From Veleropilina oligotropha (taxonomy: Eukaryota), in contig JBEUKZ010000069.1 of the NCBI GenBank assembly GCA_048128005.1, positions 372,001-436,000 on the forward strand: DNA of 64,000 nt. Reading direction: 5' to 3'. A model generated the notes under the pieces. It was not told where the DNA came from. It made no database searches and saw nothing but the letters and a program-made list of their open reading frames with translations. Made by a program: the position numbers and the translations under genes. Below are positions 1-13,799 of the stretch, one piece after another; within the stretch, counting starts at the first letter, position 1; every line of letters starts with the position of its first letter.

Positions 1-2259
1 ATTCTCTGGTCTGAGCTGCGTGACGTTATCCATCCCACATAATGATGTGTGTTTGACATTAATAGTCTCTGATATCGGTTTGACGTTGGAGCTCTCCCCG
101 CCTTGATTTACATTAGATCTGTGGTCTCGTGCTTCATTCCACTCGAATCTTTTTGTTTCATGCAGTCCAGTAGGATGTTTACTGGAGGCACATTCGGCAC
201 ACTTTATTATAGCTTTACAGTCTCTTGCATTGTGATTATCTTCACAGCATCTATAGCACATCCGATTTTCCTTCAGAATGTTCTTTCGCTCGGTTAAGCT
301 CTTCCTTCTAAACAGTTTACAATCATTCAGCGTGTGAGATTGAGAAAAAGCATGTATGACGCATCCCTTTTCCACTTGACTGGGTGGAGCAGGAATTCTC
401 TCACGATTCTCAGTTGTCTCTTTTGGATTGATGTAAGTTTTCCTTGTCTGTACTCTGACATGTGCGTTATCCTTTTGGAACCTAGGAACTTCTTCATTGT
501 ACCTGAAGCTAGGGTCATTCATCATCGAACTAAGTTCAGATATGAAACTCACAAAATGTGAGAATGGCGGAAATATCACGTTGTGGGTGTGCTTATACCG
601 AGTCGCTCTTTCAGTCCATTTATTCTGTATATGATGTGGAAGTTTGGAGATCACTGGGTTGATTCCTGCAGACGAATCATAATATGACAGGAGAGTTCTG
701 TATCTCGGATCTTCCTTCAAGGACTCTATCTCTGACAAGATATCCAGTAGGTCATAGAGTTTCTTGTACTCTCTTGGAGTTATCCGAGGAAACCTTGAGA
801 TCTTCTGCTTTAACGTGTCCTCTATCAACTCAGGCGCACCGTAACGCTCATCTAGTCTTGACCATATCTTCAAAAGTCCTCCTGAAGGATTATGAGAGTT
901 GGATGTTCTTAGGCTCACTGCTTGTCTGGAAGAATCATGACCTAACCATTTAACGAGCAGGTCAGTTTCCTCTTGTGCGTTAGCTTGAAGTTCTCTTGCA
1001 ATGGTTAAAAAAGAATTTTTCCACGCAGGATATGTAGCTGGGTCATCGTTGAAGGACGAAAACCTTGCCATGGTGAGATCTTTCTTCAGAAGGTAAGTTG
1101 TGAATGCTTCTGCATGATTATAATTAGTCACAGGAGTCGCATTCCATAATGGTGTCGCTTCAGGTAAGGGAGCAGCTAATTTATGAGACATAATAGGAAC
1201 GAAAGGGGCTGATGATACCTTCAGTTTGGTGTTTGATATTGTGACTGGATCAGCATAGTGAGGCACTGTACTTGACATTGAGACCTGTTCATTAGCTGTA
1301 TGCGTTATCTCATTATGAATAAGAGAGGGCATACTCACCATGGGTTGGGGAACAATACTATTAGTAGCCGGCATAGTTATGTCCCTTGTGGGCATTGCAG
1401 CCTCGTCTTGAATCACTGCTGGAGGTGTTGTCACTGGCCTTTCTGAACGAATCATTTCATTCTGATCTTGTATATAGTTCTTAATTCTTTCATTTCTATA
1501 TGAAGATGCACTTGAGTGACGATCGCTTCGTGATTCTTGTTCAGAATGAATATTATCAGAGCGAAGTACCCCAATCTTTGCTTCCGCTGCTGCAACCTGT
1601 TTTTGCTGATCGAGCATTTCTAACTCTGCTTTTAAGATAGCCTTTGTTCTATTAGCTTTAGCTTGAATAATTGCTTCTTCCTCTTCTAATTCTGCACATT
1701 CACGTTTTATCTGGAGTTCTTTCTCAACGAATTTTGATTTAGTACGGATGGCTTCCGCCTCAGCTAACAGTATGAATGTGTCTTTAGATTTACATGTAGA
1801 GGCCTTATTCGATGATGTTGATTTAGAGAACCTTAGGGAAGCGCTCCTAATGGTTCTTGTTCCATGCACACTTTTTCCACCAGAATGTCTATCTTCATTC
1901 ATCACAACCGTATCTAAATCAAACTCTCTTGTGTAAACAATTTTTATTTTCTCTTTGAATACATTGTTAACTAGTTGAAGGGAACAGAGTTCTCCTCTGC
2001 TTTCTTCAGTATGAACACGTTCTAAATATGACCGAAAAACACTATAGTCTACTTCATATTTACGTAGTGTTGACCGCAACTCTTCTTTTATGATCGCCCG
2101 AAAATCAGGATCTTCTTCTGCTTGCAGGACTTGCAGCAACGAGTGGATGCTTTCTCTTTGGATCCGCAAACGTTTCGTTTTCTGACGAACCTTTTCCTCG
2201 AATTCAGCCTGTGCCTTCGATGTCAGCCGCCTTGTTCTCGGAGATGGTTCGGATGCCAT
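1..2259 (-). CDS. gag: BEL/Pao LTR-retrotransposon gag(-pol) ORF, 3' end outside the window
   Basis: ATG at 2259. Segments translated by hand at 2160-2101, 1080-1021 (DLTMARFSSFNDDPATYPAW) and 300-150 (CYRCCEDNHNARDCKAIIKCAECASSKHPTGLH, BEL/Pao-type Cys/His knuckles) all lie in one frame. Probably missing from the ORF track because it runs off the edge. Not every codon was checked. Confidence 0.8.
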   Translation of the reverse strand, partial: MASEPSPRTRRLTSKAQAEFEEKVRQKTKRLRIQRESIHSLLQVLQAEEDPDFRAIIKEELRSTLRKYEVDYSVFRSYLERVHTEESRGELCSLQLVNNVFKEKIKIVYTREFDLDTVVMNEDRHSGGKSVHGTRTIRSASLRFSKSTSSNKASTCKSKDTFILLAEAEAIRTKSKFVEKELQIKRECAELEEEEAIIQAKANRTKAILKAELEMLDQQKQVAAAEAKIGVLRSDNIHSEQESRSDRHSSASSYRNERIKNYIQDQNEMIRSERPVTTPPAVIQDEAAMPTRDITMPATNSIVPQPMVSMPSLIHNEITHTANEQVSMSSTVPHYADPVTISNTKLKVSSAPFVPIMSHKLAAPLPEATPLWNATPVTNYNHAEAFTTYLLKKDLTMARFSSFNDDPATYPAWKNSFLTIARELQANAQEETDLLVKWLGHDSSRQAVSLRTSNSHNPSGGLLKIWSRLDERYGAPELIEDTLKQKISRFPRITPREYKKLYDLLDILSEIESLKEDPRYRTLLSYYDSSAGINPVISKLPHHIQNKWTERATRYKHTHNVIFPPFSHFVSFISELSSMMNDPSFRYNEEVPRFQKDNAHVRVQTRKTYINPKETTENRERIPAPPSQVEKGCVIHAFSQSHTLNDCKLFRRKSLTERKNILKENRMCYRCCEDNHNARDCKAIIKCAECASSKHPTGLHETKRFEWNEARDHRSNVNQGGESSNVKPISETINVKHTSLCGMDNVTQLRPEN

Positions 2260-2292
2260 TCTTGGTACTGTGGGTCGAAGTCGATTTTTTAC

Positions 2293-3026
2293 TGTTCTGC
2301 TCCGCGATCAGCTGCCTCAGAAGGCGAACAGAAAGATAACGATCCAATAGAGTTTGATGTATGTTTAATCTCCGTTGATATCGTAAAAACTACAACAGAT
2401 AGATACAAACCAACTTTACAATCATAATCTGCTATAGGGCTACATCGTTCGTTTGTTTACTTGTGAATAAATGTAATAAAAAATGATTCAAGATGACTTT
2501 GTTATAAATTGTAAATATATACATTTAGATTCAGTACAATAGGCATATGTGTGTAATGCATGACAATATACTCATATCACATAATATCTGAACACGCTAT
2601 ATTATCGCCGACACACCAATACCAACCAACAATACCGGTGCTATAAATAGAATTAAACAACGGATGTTCGCAGTAACTTTCATATTGTTGTTATACATCT
2701 CTTAATAATAACAGCGATATATTGCGTTTGGACACTCATTAAACCACTTACATCGTTGGGACTTGTGGATAACCACAGATATCATAACAGCATCATAAGT
2801 GTTGAAGTGCTTCTCAACATTGCAATGTGCGTATTAACATGGCCGCTTCCCAGGCAAGAAGGCAAAGCCAAGGCAAGGGAGATAACTATAATCAATGCAA
2901 AGGCAAAGAACTGAGAATACTCGAACACGAAACTGAACCACTGGGGCAGTACAGCTACCATTTTTAGTTTGAAGATAACGAAAAGTCCATAAACAATAGT
3001 AACTCACTTTAATCCGGCACTTTACA
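2293..3026 (-). mobile_element. Putative 5' LTR of the BEL/Pao element
   Basis: On the minus strand the segment begins TGTAAAG and ends GAACA, just upstream of the gag ATG. The partner LTR is not in the window, so boundaries are inferred. Confidence 0.45.
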
Positions 3027-3466
3027 TCAATATCTTCTTCATCATTAACTATTATATATATTAGAAAAGTTCATTTTGGTCTTCGTGGTCGTAGACATGC
3101 CGGCGTCCGTGCTCCTCGTGCGACGCGAACACTATAGAGCCTGACTTGGGAACCGGTGTTCCACTTGGCCAATTCAGCCGGTGCAAAGTTCAATAATACG
3201 TTCTGTTTTCTCATATCCAGCGGTTTTTACTAATGAAATAGGCTTAGTCGACACTACTAACTCTGCAAACATTTGTATCCGCAAAAATTCAAAATGGCTG
3301 GTAAAAATTAAAATGGCTGCCAAAATACATGAAAATGGTACATTTCACCAACTTGATTCACAGTAATATACATTAATTTTGTTTATACTAAAAATGAGAT
3401 ATTTAACATCGTTCCAAACCAAACATCAGATGCAATTTTGTTTTGCCAGATAAGTTACGGCAAACA

Positions 3467-3770
3467 AGATCAGTTCCAATCAGCATATCGGATCGGACAT
3501 TCAACAGAGGCAGCCCAGGTACGAGTTCACCAAGATGTTGCTCCGGCGTTGGATAATAAATGCTCTGTGGCACTTATGCTACTCGACCAATCAGCGGCTT
3601 TTGACATTATCGACTATGAAGTACTGTTTCACCGTCTCAAATATACCTATAGTGTATACAATTGTGTCCTTCGTGGTTCAAATCTTACCTGTGTGACATA
3701 ACTCAATGTGTGGCAATATGATCAGCCAATTCAGACGACAAGCATGCTCAATGTCGGGTTTTTCAGGTTC
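3467..3770 (+). pseudogene. LINE (L2/CR1-like) reverse transcriptase fragment
   Basis: QFQSAYRIGHSTE...LMLLDQSAAFDIIDY..LFHRLK matches non-LTR RT motifs; degenerate downstream. Confidence 0.8.
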
Positions 3771-4513
3771 GTGAAAATTTTGGGTAGATTTTTTCCAATG
3801 TTTTTTTTTAGTTAACTTGTGACTTTATGATTATAAAAAAATGGGTTGGCATTTTTGGGGCGGCCATCTTGGTGTATCGACGGCCATCTTGAATGTTGGC
3901 ATATCCGAAACCCAATTCTGATCATATATGCCAACATATAAACTTGCGACATAGTAACTACTCAACATTTAGTAGTATCTTAATTTGTCTTACTTTTACA
4001 TAGAGACACGTCGAAATGAATGCATGTGCTGTGCAACAAAATATTGGAACAACGGCGTCTACATACCCCCAAAATTGTATTAAAGGTCGACCCCTCAGGA
4101 TTTTAATCGATAATCGTGATGCCAAGGTGGACACTGTCATTTCATGCACTTGCTGGATCCATGTTTGGGGAATGTATTGCACCGGGAGGTGCGGCAGTGC
4201 GTGTTGCTTAACCCATAAAACTAGACGACAATTATGGAAACAAGTTGAGGAATACCCCAAACAGGAATTGAACTAATGGCGTGTCAAATTCTTGGAAATC
4301 CCAAACCGAAGCCCAGTCCCTGTTAACCTGATTTCAAATCACTACAACACCAGCAACTGCTAAAATGATCCGAGATGGATGACATGAGTTGGTTATTAAT
4401 TCGCTATTGTAGCCGAACATCAACAAATATTCGCCCAATGAACAAGGCAATCCGAGATTGAAAACCTTCGCCCCGGTCGCAAGGAATGGTGGAAGCTATA
4501 AATCTTTGCGAAT

Positions 4514-5191
4514 ACTAGTTGAAGAACATTGAAGTTTGTTTGCCGAAACGTCATAGCGCTAGCGGCAAAAATCCGCAAACCGGAAATTGCGACATAAACT
4601 CCGGATCTTCTTTCCGACTCCGATAATATGTAATGAGGACCGATAATAGATTGAACCATATCTTGTTTAAAAAAATTAAGTAAATCGATTCAGCGGTAAC
4701 GGAATATTGCGTCATAAAATCCGGATCAGCTTTCCGACTCCAATCATATTTAAGGAGGTGCAATCGTAGTGTGGACCCTATCTTGTGTAAAAAAGTGGAT
4801 AAATCGGTTCAATGGTCGTTAAAATATAGCTGAAAGTCCGAAAATTGCGTCATAAAATCCGGATCCGCTATCCGATTTCGATCATCTTTGAAGAGAACCG
4901 AGCTTGGGGGGGGGGGCTTATCGTGTGTGAAAAGATGATATAAATCGAATCAATGGGTGTTGAGATATGTCCGCAAACCGGAAATTGCGTCATATAATCT
5001 GAATCCGCTCTCCAACTCGGATCATCTTTGAGGAGGACCGAGCGTATGAATGACCATATCTCGTTTACAAAAAAATAAGTAACCCGGATCAATGGTTGTC
5101 AATATATGCTCACGGACAGACAGACAGACTCACAGACAAACCGACCAGATTGCAATACCTTATCCCACCACTACGTGGGCGAAAGTAATAA
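4514..5191 (+). mobile_element. Non-autonomous Helentron-like element with four ~120-140-bp internal tandem units
   Basis: Units containing ggaaattgcgtcataaaatccggatc at ~4580, 4700, 4838 and 4978, then a (gaca)n tract and a short terminal hairpin (cccac..gtggg) before an A-rich end. Confidence 0.5.
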
Positions 5192-5963
5192 CAGTGATGT
5201 AGCAACAGATGAACTCTCTGTCACTATAGTTGCAGAACCAGAAGCAGCTGTTGTTGATGCACTACCAGCAAACAGTCTGTGCCTGTCTGATATGCCTACA
5301 ACTCAATAGTGACATCATCTTTACAGACGAAAAGTCGTTATGTAGATACAGTGCATGCGTTGCCACTTATCAAAGCTCCGCCACAAGCGCGGAATACTCT
5401 GTTTACCTCTCGCTTGCACCTTTATAATGTGAACATGTTGACCAGATAACCAGATAGCAAATTATTGATGTGCGTGTGGTTGGATATGGACTTATACAAA
5501 CGGGTCTTGAAACTCCCTTACCTGCTGCCTGACATATACACTGACAAGTGGATTGAGTCACCTGTATAGTTTCATATCACTGTTTGTGTTGCGGGAAGTG
5601 GACTAGAGGACATGTGGGTAGATGCCGACATATACAGCAATGTCACTGTCATGCAGGATAATAAATGGCAAGCGCAATAAACGTGCCATTGAGTGCCATC
5701 TTTGAACTTTGGAAGCCGTTCGTATAACTTATCAACTGCAACCTAAAACTTCGCAATGCGCTATGCCACCCAAAAATATGAAGGGCCGTGGGATGAGGGC
5801 CCGACCAGGGCCAGAAACCGATGTCGGGGAGATTTTGGCTGTAATTCATCCGGTACCAGCCATGCATGATAACTACTTTTTTAATTAATCAACCAATGTG
5901 GGGCACCCGGAAAGCATAAGCTGTGATAGCATTTCACAGTGATCATATACCGTAAGGTGATGG

Positions 5964-6540
5964 TCATCTTGAGCACTGGTTCGTGAGCACGTCAGCAGTT
6001 GGTGTTCCACTTGTGAGCCTGGACGTCACTCGATGGAGCGCTTCGTGGAACTCCAACCTCAGCCCTTTCCTCAACCCCTCAATCGTCATTCCGTTCAACA
6101 TAAACATGCCACACATCCACCGGATCATGCTCATCTCCGTTCTTTCCAATTTCATGTCATGATTCCCCGCCCCCCCACCCGTGACCCATGTCTCACACAC
6201 TCATCTTCAGGAGTGGCGCCTTGGATGTTTGGAAGGTGCCTACTCTGTGAACCTCTTCCAACCTCACTATCGCGGTCACCGCTGCGCCCACATCTTCCCC
6301 ACACTCATTGTGTCGCCCAGGTAACAACACCAGCCCGTCACATCACCATCACCACCAGTGGAGCGTCTCCCCTACTTATGCACAGGAACGTCGCATTCGC
6401 TGCTTGCAGGCTGCCGTTCACACCACTGCACCGCTTGTAGACCCAATTTTCGCATGTCGTACACTTTAGCGAGTTGGTGGCTACCACCTTGCGCACACTG
6501 AACATGGCCATGTACAGCAGCAATATCGTTATCGACTCTT
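5964..6540 (-). pseudogene. RTE-clade LINE C-terminal fragment
   Basis: NSLKCTTCENWVYKRCSGVNGSL and LERTEMSMIRWMCG resemble RTE-type ORF C-terminal regions; frameshifted. Confidence 0.65.
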
Positions 6541-6926
6541 TAATTGGGTGACAAATAAGGTGTGAAGCCCCAGTCACACCGGGCACGAAACCAGGTTAGG
6601 GCATATTTGCGAATAGTTGGAATCGTGGACAAGTAGCAGAAATAGCGCTACTGTTCGCAGGTGATCGTCAGAACAAAATCAGTCTCGGCAAGGCCGATGA
6701 TCGTGTTCGAAAGTAATTTGATTGGATAATTTAATCAATGGATCACCGCAGTCAATAACAGCAATAGACGTGTTATTTACCGTTTTGTATACAATTTGAC
6801 ACTATATAAAATGACCCGGATATATGATATATTTATAATTATGACAACGTCACATTTTTTTCTTCAACGGCATCGGCGAGTTAGTGGTTTAACACGTCAA
6901 ACTCTCAACCCAAGCTGCTAATTGGT

Positions 6927-7864
6927 CCCGGTGTAACAGCTTCGAGTATACCCCCTGCCCGGACTATAACCCGGGGTTAGAGTGGACTAGCTCAGAATAT
7001 ACTTGGGTATATTCTGAGCTAGTCCACTTTATACCCCGGAGTGTTATACAGGCTAGCCTGTTACATACCTCCCCAGGCCAGAATATACCATCTAGAATCA
7101 GAGATTTTACGACCACTTTCAGAGTATTTCACTGATATCGCAGTCGGAATCCACGGTTTAACATCTCTATCAGATCAGACGAGCAATTGTGGCTTATGTC
7201 CTTGCCCAAAGAAAACGTCGATACGGGGTTCGAACGCAGTACTGTGCACATCATAAAATGACACAATGACTTACCGATAAACGTATTTCACCGATATCGC
7301 AGTCCAGATCTACAGATTAGCATCGTCGAATTTTTCAGCAGACGTTTCGTCGAATGACCGTTTCGTCGAACCGTTTCGTCGAATAAAAAAATCAATAAAG
7401 GAACTTTAAAAGACGCGCAAACTACTAAAACCTCCATGTCTTATATATTTGCCCATGACGCGGCTTCAAGCCCTGATCGGGCATTCATTTGTATTACTAT
7501 AATTTAGGCAAGACTTATAGGGAAGGATGCGCCAATAAGTTACAATTCATATTCGACGAAACGTCTACAAATTCACTTCCATCATTTAAATAATGCCAAG
7601 GAGGACTGCGTAACTAGTCTGCGGCTACCGCCGCATCATTCGGCGGCCTATTTTTTTAATTATTATTTGGAAATACAGACTAATTTATTAAAAACACAAG
7701 TAGGTATTATTTGGACTAGGGGGGTATAGTCTGGTCAAGGCCAAACAATATCCCGGGGTATAAACCAGTCTGTGTTATTTTCAACCCCGGGGTATAGTTT
7801 GGCCCAGACCAGACTCTACCCGGGTATAGATTGATGGAAGGTGAATATAGCCTATTACACCGGG
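6927..7864. mobile_element. MITE/non-autonomous DNA transposon with an internal hairpin and a nested small inverted-repeat element
   Basis: Inverted termini cccggtgtaa...ttacaccggg. Perfect 22-bp stem agtggactagctcagaatatac / gtatattctgagctagtccact near 6981-7028. Nested agacgtttcgtcgaat...attcgacgaaacgtct at ~7340-7566. Confidence 0.55.
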
Positions 7865-9507
7865 TTAGAGGCTAGCGGTGGTTCATTCTATACCGCGTCA
7901 AGTAAACAAACATTGCTCAATAAATGCAATACAGGTTAGTGTGCTATCTAACCTCAAGATTACACGTGGTGTACGTTGTTCACTACTAAACACTGAATAT
8001 GCGTATGCATAATAATACATAGACAACATGTTGCGTATATGCAACGCAGGGGTTGGTTGTTTGATGCTTAATCTCTGGGAGTGCCGGGATTTTCCCCATG
8101 ATCGATACGTCCATTTCACACAGCACCAATTCATTTCATCATTCAACGTTGATTGACCAGATTTATAAAAAAAACACAGTTAGCGTGACCATTCATCATG
8201 TTTGATGTTTAAAATATTCCAAGTAATTTGTATATGGAAATCTGTTGGCATAAATCAGCCCAAACCCACAGTTTAATCAGCAACGCAACAAGACCCGTAT
8301 GATAGCAGTGCATCGTCAAAGCATCCAGCATTTTCAGTAGAGTTTCCAACACCGTAACTACACCGGCAATGGGATCGTTGAGATATACAAGATGAGATAC
8401 AATGGAGAGTTAAAATAGCGGAATAATTGATGAAGAAAATGTTTTTCACGAAAACGTTTACATTTATATGATCATATCGATGACAACGTATTAATTGAAT
8501 CGTACAATACAGTTGTAAATAGCAGCTTGATCGCTATTCGAGGGCATTGCTAGCTACAAAAGGGAGTTTATAATTTACAATCAAATATCGACGTAACTAA
8601 CTACTAACTACATATCATAATAAAACAGTATGACTACAAACAGATAAACAAATAAACAAATACCTAATTAATAAAAGCAAATTAAGGCAAATATACATGT
8701 TATTGATATAATACTGCACACACCTGTACATAAACAAGTATAAATTTGATACCCATGCACGTATTAAACACACATAATTGACCAGCATATATTAATTGGC
8801 ATTGGGTCCTTATGCTAATATATAAAGACGAAGAAATTTCATGAAACATTAAAAAACATACTGCAAAGACATGCAAACAAGGCACATCATAAATGACAAC
8901 GACAAACGGAAAAAAATAAACAAACCCATCAATAATAACACAATTTCAGTGTAAACTATTAACTATGAGTGATACACGCGATTGTGTGTTTACAATTCAC
9001 CCAACTTATAGGCACTAAAGATAACGGTATAGTAAAATGCATACACTATAGTATACAGAATGTGAAGAGTGTTACCAATGACTGATCAGTTGCTGACCAA
9101 TACGTAGCATATACAGTTATCGGATAAAGCGCATAAACATATTCATAAATTGGTGTCAAACCATTGTGAATCAACATTAAAGGTCATATAGCATCCAATC
9201 AACAAAATAAATGGGCCTAACCTCACACTACTAGGAATATAATTTATTGCTGCAGATTTGTTTCTGACGATTTACACTGGATATGATATAAAATTCATTG
9301 TTTAGCGTATTTTATCGTCTTAAACATGTCCTTATATCCAAGTTTCAATTGTGCTGCTTTTGGACTATAATATAAAACATGATTTTCAATATTAAGTTTA
9401 CATTTTGATACTTGCATGGTACGTCATAAGAACTCGTGTCATTTATGAGAAATAATGTGCTTATTAAGGACATGATTGTATGATCAAGCTCGACTGCACA
9501 CAAAACA

Positions 9508-10443
9508 CTAGTTTGGTTTCTCCCTAGTGTGGATTAACAACATGTGGCGTTTACAATTTCTTGATAGTGAAAATGACTGATTACACACAGCGCATTGGTG
9601 CGGCTTCTCACCAGTATGAATAAACATGTGCAGCCTAAGATTGCCTGATAGTGAAAACGTCTTATTGCACACAACACATTGGTGTGGCCTCTCTCCGGTA
9701 TGGGTCAACATGTGTCTTCTAAGACCTTGTGAAAATGTCTTATTGCACACAACACATTGGTGTGGCCTCTCTCCGGTATGGGTCAACATGTGTTTTCTAA
9801 GATTAACTGCTTGTGAAAATGTCTTATTACACAAAACACATTGATGCAGCCTTTCTCCGGTATGGGTCAACATGTGTGTTTTAAGATTACCTGCTTGTGA
9901 AAATGTCTTATTACAAAAAAACACATTGATGCAGCCTTTCTCCGGTATGGGTCAACATGTGTGTTCTCAGATTATTTGCTTGTGAACATGCGTAATCACA
10001 AACAGCACATTTGTGCCGTTTCTCTCCCGTATGGGTGAACATGTGCGTTCTAAGACTACCTGCAATTGAGAATTTCCGAAAGCACAAGCCACACTGATAT
10101 GGTTTCTCGTCAGCGTGTGCTATCATGCGTCTCTTAAGAGTGCTCGCTTGCGAAAATGTGCGATTGCACACATCACACTGATGGGGCTTCTCTCCTGTAT
10201 GGACTAGCACATGTATTTTACGATTATGTGATTTCGAAAATGCCATGTCACAAGCAGCACATCGATATGCACTCTCCTTAGTGTGAATTACCATATGGCT
10301 TTTGAGACTTTGTGAAAATGAAAATGTCTTATTACACACAGCACACTGGTGTTGTTGTTCTCCAGTATGGATTAGCATGCAAGTCCTAAGATTACATGCT
10401 TGTGAATGCAGCTGCATTCACCATCAGTTAAGTGTCAAAACAC
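9508..10443 (-). CDS. Tandem C2H2 zinc-finger array exon (~11 fingers) with a frameshift near 9915-9921
   Basis: Repeated CxxC-x12-HxxxH with HTGEKP/HTGERP linkers in two abutting frames. Candidate splice acceptor (tttcag) near 10444. The shift falls in an A7 run where sister fingers read acaaaa. Confidence 0.85.
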
Positions 10444-13242
10444 CTGAAATATAAACATGCCTTCATGTAAAAATCGAATATCAAAAGTTGAAAACAATAA
10501 CTACCCGAAATGTTATAACTATTGAAATAACATACAAACATAGCATACACATGGCTCATGTTAGAGAGCGTAGGGGCGCATTGACACTCGTAAAAATCCG
10601 GAACACGAACTAGATATATATTTTTATTTTGTTTAAATTTAACTTATTAAATGTAGGTTCGCGGATTGTAAAGCGCTGCACGAAGATGGCTAATCCATCA
10701 ATTTTATTGTCTTTATACCAACATATATAGTGAAAAACTACAGGGTGTGGGGGGCATTTGGTTATTTTATTACGATAATGAACACATATTTAGAAAACAG
10801 GGTAACAGGGTGTGCTGCACACCATGGGAAGAATACATATATGTGTTACGTATATAACTCCCTACCCAGTGTCTGCCAGGTGTCAACAGCGTGGCGTATT
10901 TGAACTGCAGTAAACAGTAATACCTCGGAAGACGGTTATCTCTGAAAAACAATGAATTATGTGAACAGTGTATCTTAAAGAACGCATAATTATGTGCTTA
11001 CAAAAACGACAAAAATACAAAATCTTACAGGTTACCTAAAATACGTCTAACTCAATGACCATATATGCACAGTTATCCTTGATACTAAAAACAAATTTAA
11101 CATATTCACTTCATCGATTTTCGAACAATATGCAAATAGTCAGCATTGTTTTACGGAATACTTCAAAATGTCCATATGCTGCAGACGACACATAAAGGCC
11201 CCTGTAGTAGCGAATGCAAAAGTTATATTGCATGTAGTAACTTAATGAGAGCATGCATTTGTTCGTTGCATGGTGCTAAGAATATCATGTATAAACAATA
11301 ACTAATCTTCTATTATTTCAATAAAAAAACATTAAATTTGTTTTTAAATATGATAATTCCGTACGATTTCTGCATTATGTATTAAATAAACAATGCGACT
11401 CTGATTTACACACGGACGCAAAACTGTAATGTCGTCTGTTTTATGGGAATGCGATATGGCGCGCCAGGCATTGCGCGATGCTTCTTAGTGTGACAAATGG
11501 ATCAGAGTGATACTGTCATTGTGTCGATGTAAGAACTTTGACTATTATTATCATTACGACATTTAGTTGAATACATGCAAGGCGATTATCCATGAATTTG
11601 TTTTATCGAATTATAGGGCTCAAAATTACAAAATTGCTTCCTACGTCACTGCAGCGTGGAGCTGTTGCAGGAGTCACTCGGGCCACGTCACAACACATGC
11701 ATTTGCGTAATCGAATTTGCACAGGATCGAAATGTCAGTATTCATTTCATTGTCTCTGGCAGATCAAATTATATTTCGATCAGGTAATTATATACTTAAT
11801 TGAAACGCCAGATCAACCAAACGATATTGTACATGATGAAGACCGATGTGCGATTTGTGTACAAGCTAGCTACGCATCTTAATAGTGATTGCATGAAATT
11901 CTTACCCGTTTATAACTCAAAATCAGCAACGGAACAACTTTCAGACGCCATTTTAATTTATGCGGTGAGCAGGTTTACATGCTGTACAGAATATCCGTTG
12001 TTTACTTCTTTCGCACACCAAAACATCAGAATGGTCATCGTTGGTTTATTTTCAGGCTAGATTATGATCACAAGTAAAAATCTTAACCAGCAAGTAATAT
12101 AAAGTATATGTTCAAGTGTATACATTTCCGTGAATGATGGGAGTATTTCAGCTTAACATATCCGATTTTATTCAGTTGCGTGGCGCTCTTTCGGTACTTC
12201 TGTCGCGATTTTGTGCGACACGTTGTATAATTGTATGGCATTGTGGGCCTTCCATAGGTTGATTGCAAGTGACATATGGGCCCACTCTGCTCGCATAGTC
12301 GGCCATTTTATTGTTTATTGATTATGTTCTCGCTGGTCCGCCTACTTCTTTCCCGACTGGAATATCGTCTCTTTGAAATTTTCCAAACATTAATATGTAT
12401 TTAATATATCAAATTTAGTTAAAAGTTAATTAAAATAAACTTTTAGAAGCAATATAAAATGTTTGTGCAGTTAATAAATTAGCTACGTGGTGAATAAATT
12501 GGCTGAATATCGCTACGCGGAACTATTTGCTGTTTAACATCACTGTATTTCATATTAAAACGTTGTTATTAGCCTACCATTTTCTTGAAAACACTTAACC
12601 ATGTCATTTGCACTTCATTAAATTACAAACTGAAGCGAAATAATATGTATATTAAATATGTTGCGATCCGCCACATAGCGACCAGCGAGAGCAGAGATAT
12701 AAGACTGGGGTCGTCGTTTCGTATCTCTTTGCCTGGAGAGTGATATGGGCCTATTCGATTCACCTATTCCGGATTAGGAATACCTATTCTGCCGCATAAA
12801 CAATGTATCACAGTATGCCAATGTGTTTATTCATCAGAAAATGAAACAAAACGAACCGTTGTTTCAAGTGTGTCAACAACGGTGATCATCTGCAATGGAC
12901 ATCAGCTTGTATTTCGATGTAAATCGAAAATTGGTCAATATGATATTTATGGACTAGTCACGCGTATACGATTCGGCCAATGGAAGTGCGTTTATTTATA
13001 AAGTATATAATAAATGCAATTGTCGATTTGTTTGTTGCATAATCATTACCTATTTGTCTATCTATATTTACCTCTTTTTTATGGTTTAAGAGATAGAACA
13101 ACATATTCACATACATATTTTATTTTGAAAGATTACACAGATTTATGGTTGAAAAAGTATTGGCATAGCAAGTAAACAACAATCATCTAGCTGACATTTT
13201 ATACAGCGCAATGTTACATTTGTGTTATTTTCTGCATTACAG

Positions 13243-13799
13243 TTGAATGGTCACGCCAAAACACACTGAAGCTCATCACGTTATATGAATCCAATATGGA
13301 TAAGTTTAGAAGTCCAATATATAAGAAGAAACAGGTATGGGATTGCATTGCGAAGGAATTACAGGGCGAGTTCACTGCCGCTCAGGTCGAGGGTAAATGG
13401 AAGAGCCTTACGTCAGCCTATCGTCGTGTCTTGGATAATAATAACACGTCTGGACGAGATAAGAAAACCTGTGCTTTTTATGAGCAATTATCAGAAGTGT
13501 ATGGTTATCAACCGAATGTTAAACCTAAGGTCGTGTTAAGTTCATCAAGTAACGATCCAGAAATGGAAGAGCAACCCGAAGTACAGAAATCTACCCCTGA
13601 ACCCTCAACGTCTACAGAATCAAATAAAGGCAGAAAAAAGCGAAAATCAACAGATGAATATTTGATGTTTATGAAAGAGTATCGAAAAGAAAGCAGGGAA
13701 TTTGAAGAGAAAAAGTTAAAGGTTATCGAACAGGCGAACAAGGAAAAATCTGCTCTATTAGGGGGGTTGTTTGACGCCTTGAAGTCATTGAAGAAATAG
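13243..13799 (+). CDS. Harbinger Myb/SANT-like (trihelix) DNA-binding protein, main exon
   Basis: Reads EWSRQNTLKLITLY...KKKQVWDCIAKEL...QVEGKWKSLTSAYRR...CAFYEQL after a tttctgcattacag acceptor, with a charged C-terminal tail. Confidence 0.85.
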
